From Eubacteriales bacterium (lineage in GTDB: Bacteria > Bacillota > Clostridia > Oscillospirales > CAG-272): 64,000 nt of DNA. The DNA lies in the NCBI GenBank assembly GCA_045127235.1, contig JBGVPY010000079.1, positions 4,471 through 68,470 of the forward strand. The letters run 5' to 3'. The notes under the pieces were generated by a model. The model was not told where the DNA came from. It worked only from the letters and a program-made list of their open reading frames with translations, and ran no database searches. The position numbers and the translations under genes are program-made. Shown here in pieces: positions 20,200 through 27,858 of the stretch (the stretch's first letter is position 1; each line of letters opens with the position of its first letter).

Positions 20200-20820
20200 A
20201 TGAAGATTTTATTTCAAGGTGACTCTATTACAGATGCAGGAAGAGACTGGGGAAATGATTCACAATTAGGTAGAGGATATGCTCATTTAGTTGAAGCTGC
20301 ACTTGGCTTTGAAGAGCCAAATCAACATACTTTTATAAATAAAGGTATTAGCGGCAACAGAATCGTTGACTTATACGCTCGCATTAAGAGAGATATTATT
20401 AACTATCAACCTGACGTAATGAGTATTCTTATTGGTGTAAATGATGTTTGGCACGAGATCGGCGACAGTCCCAATGGCGTTGACGCAGATAAATTCTTCA
20501 AGATTTATTCAATGCTTATTGAAGAAATCAAGGAAGCACTTCCAAATATCAAAATTATGATTTTAGAACCATTCGTTTTAGAAGCAGGCGCTACCGAAAA
20601 TCATTGGGAATTTTTCAAAACAGAAACTGCAAAGCGTGCAGAAATGGCAAAGAAAATAGCAGAGAAGTTTGATCTTCCATTCATACCACTTCAAGCAGGC
20701 TTTGATGAGCTTGCAAAGAAAGCACCAAATAACTATTGGCTTGGCGATGGAGTACATCCAACTGCTAAGGGACATGAATTTATTAAAAATGAGTGGTTGA
20801 AGGCTTATAAAAATCTATAA
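20200..20820 (+). CDS. SGNH/GDSL hydrolase, carbohydrate acetyl-esterase-like
   Basis: FQGDSITD, GISGN, IGVND, DGVHP catalytic blocks. Confidence 0.9.
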   Translation: MKILFQGDSITDAGRDWGNDSQLGRGYAHLVEAALGFEEPNQHTFINKGISGNRIVDLYARIKRDIINYQPDVMSILIGVNDVWHEIGDSPNGVDADKFFKIYSMLIEEIKEALPNIKIMILEPFVLEAGATENHWEFFKTETAKRAEMAKKIAEKFDLPFIPLQAGFDELAKKAPNNYWLGDGVHPTAKGHEFIKNEWLKAYKNL

Positions 20821-20825
20821 TTAAG

Positions 20826-20865
20826 AAAATGTTCGTTGTCAGCTCGGCTGTCAACGAACATTTTT
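20826..20865 (+). terminator. Intrinsic terminator
   Basis: AAAATGTTCGTTG..CAACGAACATTTTT hairpin. Confidence 0.85.
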
Positions 20866-20973
20866 ATCATAAAATTTCCATTTATATTTTTGAATTAAGT
20901 CAACATAATAATATCAGAGCGTGCGAAAATCGCGTGCTCAATAATATAGATATTTTAAGAATAGGAGTCTATT

Positions 20974-21177
20974 ATGTCTAAGAATAACATCTCAGTTCCA
21001 GAAGCTAAGGCAGCTCTTGAGCAATTCAAGATGCAGGCTGCAAGCGAAGTAGGTGTAAATCTTAACCAAAATGGCTACAATGGCGATTTAACAGCTAAGC
21101 AAGCTGGTTCTATCGGCGGTCAAATGGTTAAGAAGATGATTGAGTCTTACGAAAACTCTCTTAAGAATTCTAAATAA
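20974..21177 (+). CDS. Alpha/beta-type small acid-soluble spore protein (SASP)
   Basis: ALEQFKMQAASEVGV, GDLTAKQAGSIGGQMVKKMI. Confidence 0.93.
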   Translation: MSKNNISVPEAKAALEQFKMQAASEVGVNLNQNGYNGDLTAKQAGSIGGQMVKKMIESYENSLKNSK

Positions 21178-21222
21178 TTCAACCGAAATATATTGAACTA
21201 TTTAGTTTGAATTCAAAAAAAG

Positions 21223-21256
21223 CAGGCTATCGCAAATGCGATAGCTTGTTTTTTTT
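21223..21256 (+). terminator. Intrinsic terminator of SASP gene
   Basis: CAGGCTATCGCA-AA-TGCGATAGCTTG followed by a T run. Confidence 0.85.
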
Positions 21257-21405
21257 ATTTAAAATTTATTTATGCTCAAATTGTATCATGATTAAAAGTC
21301 TATAAGATTAGATACTAATGATATGTCGCTTTTTTGAGACATTTTTATCTTTACATTAAAAATTTTTTTGATATAATGATTATATCAAAAAAATTAGAGG
21401 TGTAT

Positions 21406-21474
21406 ATGATAATTGTTTTTGTTTTAGTCTTTGCAATTTTCTTTTTCTATAATATCAGTAAAAATAATAAATAA
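21406..21474 (+). CDS. Putative 22-aa hydrophobic peptide MIIVFVLVFAIFFFYNISKNNK (not in the ORF track)
   Basis: SD AGAGGTG just upstream of ATG; promoter-like TTTACA-16 nt-TATAAT (extended TG) at 21350-21377. Confidence 0.45.
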   Translation: MIIVFVLVFAIFFFYNISKNNK

Positions 21475-21488
21475 TATTATAATTATGC

Positions 21489-21517
21489 TTGATTAAAATT
21501 TGATATTATGTTAGAAT
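21489..21517 (+). promoter_or_regulatory. SigmaA-like promoter of the helicase-RM operon
   Basis: TTGATT-17 nt-TAGAAT with extended -10 TG. Confidence 0.55.
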
Positions 21518-21560
21518 AAAGTGAAAAAGTCTAATTTTATCACTTTATAGGAGATGTAAG

Positions 21561-24500
21561 ATGGAGCTTATTGACAATAAGTCCAAATTATTGGGCGATG
21601 ATTTACAAAAAGAGATTAAGCAGGGTGCCAAACTTAAAATGGTAGCATCCTATTTTTCCATATACGCTTTTGAGGCATTAAAGGAAGAATTAACAAGTGT
21701 TGAAGAGCTTCAATTTATATTCCCGTCCCCAACATTTGTAAAACAGGGAATAAAGGATAACATTAAGAAAGAAACAAGAGAATACTACATACCAAAGCAT
21801 ATGAGAGAAACCTCTCTTTATGGTACTGAATTTGAAATTAGACTTCGTAATCAATTAACTCAAAAGGTTATAGCTCGTGAGTGTGCTGAATGGATAAAAG
21901 AAAAGGTTGCATTTAAGTCCAATATAACAACAAATGTCATGCCAAACTTTATTCATCTTGATAATAACGGAAATGAAATAGCATATACCGGTATAAACGG
22001 TTTTACTGCATCCGATTTAGGTTATGAGAAGAACAATATGATGTTCCAAGGCATAGCTAAGGTTGACGAAGGCTATGCAAAGTTTTTCTTTAACCAATTT
22101 AAGAATGTGTGGGATGATGATAGTAAGCTTGAAGATGTAACCCAAGCCATTGTTGACTATATTTCTTCTGCATACGAGGATAATGCACCGGAATTTATCT
22201 ATTTTGTAACCTTATATAACATTTTTAGTGAGTTCCTTGACGATATAATGTCTGAGGACTATATGCCAAATGAAGGGACAGGATATAAAAATTCAATTGT
22301 ATGGAATAAGCTATTTAATTTCCAACGAGATGGAGCAGTAGGCGTAATTCAAAAGCTTGAAAAATATAACGGTTGTATTCTCGCTGACTCTGTTGGTCTT
22401 GGTAAAACATTTACTGCACTTGCAGTTATGAAGTATTACGCTTCAAGAAATAAGAACATTCTTGTTTTGACACCAAAGAAACTTTCAAACAACTGGAATA
22501 AGTACAGAGATAACGTGAAAACAAATCTTTTCTATCAAGATAGAATACATTTCGACGTGCTTTATCATACCGATTTAGGAAGGAAAAAGGGCTATTCAAA
22601 CGGACACGACCTAAGAAACTTTAACTGGGACAATTATGACTTGATTGTTATTGATGAATCACATAATTTCCGTAACGATAAGAGTTTTAGAGATAGAGAA
22701 ACAAGATATCAATTCTTGCTTGAAAAGGTTTTAAAGAGTGGTGTTAGAACGAAGGTTCTTATGTTATCTGCTACACCTGTAAATAATAGATTTTCAGATC
22801 TTAAAAATCAGCTCCAGCTCGCTTATGGCGACAATTATGCTGAATTTAATGAGCGCCTTGATACTTCAAAGACAGTAGAAGTTATTTTGACAAATGCACA
22901 AAGAATCTTTAATGAGTGGACTAAGCTTCCAAAGGAAGAAAGAAAAGCAGCAGATTTAATGTCTAAGCTCGATATTGACTTTTCAATCTTGCTTGATAAC
23001 GTAACAATAGCACGAAGCAGAAAGCATATTACAAAGTATTATGATACATCTGAAATAGGCAAGTTTCCAACAAGACTAAAGCCTGTATCCTACTATTGCG
23101 ATATCGGTAAAAAAGAGGATGTCCTTGAGTATAACGATATTTTCAATACACTTATGGGACTAACTATGGGCGTTTATGCGCCTATGGACTATGTTTTACC
23201 AAGCAGAATGTCTAAATATGAAGAGTTGTACGATACAAAGGTAGGTAAATCAACACTTAAGCAGTTTAACCGTGAAAAAGCACTTCAACGCTTAATGACA
23301 ATTAACATATTGAAGCGTCTTGAATCTTGTGTTGATTCATTTAGAATTACTGTTCGTAAGCTTCTTGAAAGCAACCGTAAAACACTTGAATCAATCCTCG
23401 AGTATGAAAGAAACAAAGTTCTTCACTCGATGGAATTTAGTCAAATTGATGAAGATGATTTTGATAACGACGACTTTGATTTAACGAATGAAAGCACACT
23501 TGGTAAAGTCAAGATTGACTTTGCTGATATGGATCTGCTTTCTTGGAAGAGAGATTTAAAAAAGGATATAGAAACACTTGAAATACTTCACGATATTATG
23601 GCGTTTGTAACTCCTGATAAGGACTTAAAGCTGCAAAAGTTAATTGAAGTTATCGAAAATAAGATTAAAAATCCGATCAACCCGGGTAATAGAAAGGTTC
23701 TTGTTTTTTCTGCATTTGCTGATACAACTAACTACCTTTACGAGAATCTTTCAAAGTTCATGCTTAATAAGTATGGCATTTATTCTGCTAGAATTCAAGG
23801 CGCACAAAAGGGTAATGCTACAAATGTATCAGGTAGCAACGAAACTGATAGACTTTTAACTTTGTTCTCGCCGATTTCAAAAGAGAGAAACCAAACATAT
23901 GCAGAGGATAAAGAAATTGAAATAGACTTACTTATTGCAACAGACTGCGTATCAGAAGGTCAAAACTTGCAGGACTGCGATGTATGTATCAACTATGATA
24001 TTCACTGGAATCCAGTTCGTATTGTTCAACGTTTTGGTAGAATAGACCGTATCGGTAGTAAGAATGATTATGTTCAGCTAATTAACTTCTGGCCTAACGT
24101 ATCACTTGATGAATATATCAATCTTAATGCCAGGGTTGAAAGCAGAATGACTTTAGTTGACGCAACCGCAACAGGTGATGATAATATTATCGCAAGTGAG
24201 CAAGCCGACCTTGATTATAGAAAAGAACAGTTACAAAAACTTCAAGACGGTGATTTGCAGGACCTTGAAGATGTTGATGGCAGTATAACCATTACTGACT
24301 TGGGACTCAATGAGTTTAGAATGGATGTTGTTTCTTATATTAAGGAACACGGAGAGCCTAAAAACATTGCAAATGGCTTGTACGCAGTTGTATCCCATGA
24401 CGATGAAGCGGAAATACCAAAGGGCGTAATTTACGTTCTTAAAAACCGTAATCCTGATGTTAATATAGGAAAGCAAAATAGACTCCATCCATATTATTTG

Positions 24501-24818
24501 GTATATCTTGACGAAAACGGACAAGTTATAAATACCCATATGGAAGTTAAAAAAATACTTGATATTTTGCGTAAGACCTGTAAGCACCATAAAGAGCCTA
24601 TAGCAGATTTGTGCAGAGTCTTTAACAAAGAAACCAAAGACGGATACAAGATGGATAAGTACAGTAAATTGCTTGATAAAACAATAGAGTCAATTCTTGA
24701 TGTTAAGGAGCAAAACGACCTCGATTCACTTTTCAATCTTGGCTCAGATGTATTGTTTGGTAATAATATTAAGGGTATTGACGACTTTGAACTAATAACT
24801 TTTGTAGTAGTTAAGTAG
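21561..24818 (+). CDS. SNF2-type SF2 helicase/ATPase with degenerate PLD-like N-terminal domain
   Basis: ILADSVGLGKT, VIDESHNF, LSATP, ATDCVSEGQNLQD, WNPVRIVQRFGRIDRIG; N-terminal VASYFS..GINGFT resembles a PLD-like fold without HxK. Confidence 0.85.
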   Translation: MELIDNKSKLLGDDLQKEIKQGAKLKMVASYFSIYAFEALKEELTSVEELQFIFPSPTFVKQGIKDNIKKETREYYIPKHMRETSLYGTEFEIRLRNQLTQKVIARECAEWIKEKVAFKSNITTNVMPNFIHLDNNGNEIAYTGINGFTASDLGYEKNNMMFQGIAKVDEGYAKFFFNQFKNVWDDDSKLEDVTQAIVDYISSAYEDNAPEFIYFVTLYNIFSEFLDDIMSEDYMPNEGTGYKNSIVWNKLFNFQRDGAVGVIQKLEKYNGCILADSVGLGKTFTALAVMKYYASRNKNILVLTPKKLSNNWNKYRDNVKTNLFYQDRIHFDVLYHTDLGRKKGYSNGHDLRNFNWDNYDLIVIDESHNFRNDKSFRDRETRYQFLLEKVLKSGVRTKVLMLSATPVNNRFSDLKNQLQLAYGDNYAEFNERLDTSKTVEVILTNAQRIFNEWTKLPKEERKAADLMSKLDIDFSILLDNVTIARSRKHITKYYDTSEIGKFPTRLKPVSYYCDIGKKEDVLEYNDIFNTLMGLTMGVYAPMDYVLPSRMSKYEELYDTKVGKSTLKQFNREKALQRLMTINILKRLESCVDSFRITVRKLLESNRKTLESILEYERNKVLHSMEFSQIDEDDFDNDDFDLTNESTLGKVKIDFADMDLLSWKRDLKKDIETLEILHDIMAFVTPDKDLKLQKLIEVIENKIKNPINPGNRKVLVFSAFADTTNYLYENLSKFMLNKYGIYSARIQGAQKGNATNVSGSNETDRLLTLFSPISKERNQTYAEDKEIEIDLLIATDCVSEGQNLQDCDVCINYDIHWNPVRIVQRFGRIDRIGSKNDYVQLINFWPNVSLDEYINLNARVESRMTLVDATATGDDNIIASEQADLDYRKEQLQKLQDGDLQDLEDVDGSITITDLGLNEFRMDVVSYIKEHGEPKNIANGLYAVVSHDDEAEIPKGVIYVLKNRNPDVNIGKQNRLHPYYLVYLDENGQVINTHMEVKKILDILRKTCKHHKEPIADLCRVFNKETKDGYKMDKYSKLLDKTIESILDVKEQNDLDSLFNLGSDVLFGNNIKGIDDFELITFVVVK

Positions 24819-24839
24819 GGTATAGGATACAGGAGATAG
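24816..24839 (+). repeat. Degenerate 7-nt-periodic AGG-rich repeat (left arm)
   Basis: TAGGGTA TAGGATA CAGGAGA TAG; starts with the helicase stop codon and contains the SD of the next gene. Confidence 0.6.
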
Positions 24840-24841
24840 TG

Positions 24842-25195
24842 ATGGATTGTTATGAGGATTTGATAGTTTGGCAAAAATCAATGGATTTAGTGAAACAAAT
24901 TTATGATATTATTGATGCTTTACCAAATGAGGAAAAATACGCTTTAGCAGATCAAATGCGAAGAAGTGTAGTTTCAATTCCTTCTAATATAGCTGAAGGA
25001 TATGAAAGAGAATCCACAAAAGAATATATTCAATTTTTATCAATAGCAAATGGTTCAAAAGCAGAACTATTGACACAACTTGAAATTTGTAAAATGCTTG
25101 GATATATTGACGATATATCAAATGCAAAGTCGCTTTGCGACGAAGTTGGAAAGATGATCAGTTCCATTATCAAAAAATTAAAGCAGAAACTTTAG
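24842..25195 (+). CDS. Four-helix-bundle protein (23S rRNA intervening-sequence protein family)
   Basis: LIVWQKSMDL, LADQMRRSVVSIPSNIAEG, FLSIANGSKAEL, 117 aa; SD AGGAG at 24831-24835. Confidence 0.9.
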   Translation: MDCYEDLIVWQKSMDLVKQIYDIIDALPNEEKYALADQMRRSVVSIPSNIAEGYERESTKEYIQFLSIANGSKAELLTQLEICKMLGYIDDISNAKSLCDEVGKMISSIIKKLKQKL

Positions 25196-25276
25196 AAAGG
25201 AAAATGCAAGGCGAAAGACAGTTAGTAAAGAGAGGAAAAGAGGAGAAAATTTCATTAGTTTAGAGTGAAAAAACAC

Positions 25277-25325
25277 CACCTAACCCCTAACTCCTAACTC
25301 CTAACTCCTAACTCCTTGCCCCTAA
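25277..25325 (+). repeat. Tandem heptamer repeat, 7 units, consensus CTCCTAA (right arm)
   Basis: CACCTAA CCCCTAA CTCCTAA CTCCTAA CTCCTAA CTCCTTG CCCCTAA, then C and ATG. Confidence 0.95.
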
Positions 25326-25326
25326 C

Positions 25327-25959
25327 ATGATAAACTTTAGCACGAAAACAGAGGTTAATAAACCCTTTAAGTTAACAGACTTGTATAAACAAATGAATGC
25401 AACTAAAGAAGCAAAAAAAGAAGCCGCTTGTATTGATAAGGTTATACTTAAAAATGTTCTGTCTCCAAATACGCTTTATTGTGAACCGCAAAAAAGTGTA
25501 AAAGAGATTTATGTGTTTGAAGTAACTGTAAATATACAAACTGTACCTGGGCTTTTTATCAAAGAGCTTGATAATAGTATAAAGCTACATACTCTGTTTG
25601 TAATCAAGTATGAAAATCTTGAAATTATGATGCTTTCGTATAAAGCTGCAACATTTAAAGGTAAGTATTGGCAAACCAACTGGGAGCAAAGAATGAGCTA
25701 TGATGTTCCGCTTGTAAACAGTGTGCCGGAGCTATACAAATTCATCCTTTCAAAGTTTTTGAAATATCCACCATTTGAAAGCGAAGATGTAGAAGAGTAT
25801 GTTAAGAGAAATAACGCTTTAAATAAGCTTGATTTTCAAATATCAAAAACAGAGAGTGCAATAGCATACGAAACACAATCAAAGAAGCGATTTGAGTACA
25901 ATGCAAGGCTCAAACAGTATAAAGAAGAACGAGAAAATTTACTAAGAGAGGTAAAATAA
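25327..25959 (+). CDS. DUF4391-like protein
   Basis: Size (210 aa), KTEVNK start, KEIYVFEV, helical C-terminus (ETQSKKRFEYNARLKQYKEE) and position between SNF2 helicase and Type III mod. Confidence 0.65.
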   Translation: MINFSTKTEVNKPFKLTDLYKQMNATKEAKKEAACIDKVILKNVLSPNTLYCEPQKSVKEIYVFEVTVNIQTVPGLFIKELDNSIKLHTLFVIKYENLEIMMLSYKAATFKGKYWQTNWEQRMSYDVPLVNSVPELYKFILSKFLKYPPFESEDVEEYVKRNNALNKLDFQISKTESAIAYETQSKKRFEYNARLKQYKEERENLLREVK

Positions 25960-27846
25960 ATGGCTGACAAACTAGATATGAAATCTATGAATATAGCCGA
26001 GGATAATGTTAAAAAATTAGGAGCATTATTCCCAAATGTTGTTACCGAAGTTATGGATGAAAATGGCAGCTTTAAGTTTGCTGTAGATTTTGATGCTCTT
26101 AAGCAAGAGTTATCAAATAATTTAATAAACGAAAAGCAAGAAAGATATCAGATGACTTGGCCCGATAAAAGTCAAGCTAAAGTGCTTGCTAATTCACGTA
26201 TTACAGCTACATTGCGACCTGACGTTGAAAAAAGCGTGAATTTTGATACCACGAAGAACTTATATATTGAGGGGGACAACCTTGATGTGTTAAAGCTACT
26301 TCGTGAGACATATCTTAACAAAATTAAATTAATTTACATAGACCCGCCATACAATACCGGTAAGGATAGCTTTGTGTATGATGACGATTTTGCTATATCG
26401 GCGGACGATTATTCTAAAATAAGCGGAGAATATGACGAGATAGGCAACAGAATTGTTAAAAATCTTGACAGTAATGGCAGGTTCCATACAGATTGGCTCA
26501 ATATGATGTATCCCAGATTAAAAATTGCACGCGATTTGCTTACCGATGATGGTATGATTTTCATTAGCATTGATGACAATGAGTTTGATAATTTAAAGAA
26601 AATGTGTGATGAAATTTTTGGTGCGTCAAATTATGTTGCGATGTTTGTTTGGAAAAGTAAAAGTGGCGGTGCAAATGACAGTAATCTAGTTGCGGTCGAC
26701 CATGAATACATTTTGATGTATGCAAAAAATATTGAAAAAGCATCCACAAATTTAATTGCATATACCGAAGAATTAGAAACTTTATATACAGGCAAGGATG
26801 AACATTTTGAAGAAAGAGGTCCTTACCGACCTATGCTTCTACAACAAAAAGGTCTCAGCTTTTCTAAATCATTAACATATGAAATCGAAGCTCCAGATGG
26901 CAGTATTTTAGTACCGGAAAGCGGTGGCGCAATATGGAGATGGAGCAAGGAAAAGTTTATTGAAGCCAAAAAGAATGGATTTGTTGAGTTCAGAAAAGTT
27001 GGCGACATGTACAAGGTTTATACTAAACAGTATCTATACGTAGATTATGATGGTAATAAAATCGAACGCGGTAAGCTTATAAGAACCGTTATTGATGATA
27101 TTGACGGCAGACTTGGCACTAAATATTTACAAACTATCTTTGAAAATAAAGTGTTTACTAACTCAAAACCTGTTGAGCTTATAAAACAATTTATTTATGT
27201 TGCTACCAATAAGAATGACTATGTATTAGACTTTTTTAGTGGCTCTGCAACTACAGCGCATGCTGTTATGCAATTAAATGCAGAGGATAATGGTAACCGT
27301 AAATTTATTTTAATTCAAATACCTGAAAATTGTGATGTAAAATCTGAAGCTTATAAAGCAGGGTATAAGACTATTTGCGAAATAGGCGAGGAACGAATAC
27401 GTAGAACAGGCAAAAAGCTTGCAAAAGAAAATGATATTGATGTTGGATTCAGAGTATTAAAGCTTGATTCATCGAATATGAATGATGTTTATTATAATCC
27501 TACTGCGTTTAACCAAAGTATGCTTGATATGACTGTTGACAATGTAAAAGCAGACAGAACACCACTTGATTTGTTGTTCCAAGTTATGCTTGACTTAGGT
27601 GTAGAGCTTTCTGCCGATATAGTTGAAAAAACTGTAAACGGAAAGAAAATTTATGCAGTAAACGTCAACGACTTAATTGCTTGCTTTGATAATGATATCG
27701 ACAATGATGTTATTACAGCGATAGCAAAAGAAAATCCGCTATACGCAGTATTTAAAGATAATTCCTTCGCAACTGATAGTGCTGGTATAAACAACGAACA
27801 ATTATTTAAAACTTACTCGCCATCAACAGTAGTCAAGGTAATATAA
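25960..27846 (+). CDS. mod: Type III restriction-modification methyltransferase Mod, copy 1
   Basis: NLYIEGDNL, IYIDPPYNTG, FISIDDNE, central TRD, LDFFSGSATTAHAV. Confidence 0.93.
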   Translation: MADKLDMKSMNIAEDNVKKLGALFPNVVTEVMDENGSFKFAVDFDALKQELSNNLINEKQERYQMTWPDKSQAKVLANSRITATLRPDVEKSVNFDTTKNLYIEGDNLDVLKLLRETYLNKIKLIYIDPPYNTGKDSFVYDDDFAISADDYSKISGEYDEIGNRIVKNLDSNGRFHTDWLNMMYPRLKIARDLLTDDGMIFISIDDNEFDNLKKMCDEIFGASNYVAMFVWKSKSGGANDSNLVAVDHEYILMYAKNIEKASTNLIAYTEELETLYTGKDEHFEERGPYRPMLLQQKGLSFSKSLTYEIEAPDGSILVPESGGAIWRWSKEKFIEAKKNGFVEFRKVGDMYKVYTKQYLYVDYDGNKIERGKLIRTVIDDIDGRLGTKYLQTIFENKVFTNSKPVELIKQFIYVATNKNDYVLDFFSGSATTAHAVMQLNAEDNGNRKFILIQIPENCDVKSEAYKAGYKTICEIGEERIRRTGKKLAKENDIDVGFRVLKLDSSNMNDVYYNPTAFNQSMLDMTVDNVKADRTPLDLLFQVMLDLGVELSADIVEKTVNGKKIYAVNVNDLIACFDNDIDNDVITAIAKENPLYAVFKDNSFATDSAGINNEQLFKTYSPSTVVKVI

Positions 27847-27858
27847 GAAGGTGTTAAA

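Noticed and set aside
24842-25195. Four-helix-bundle protein as a DGR accessory (Avd) gene
   Set aside because: The fold family is related, but the window has no reverse transcriptase and I found no TR/VR pair differing at adenines.
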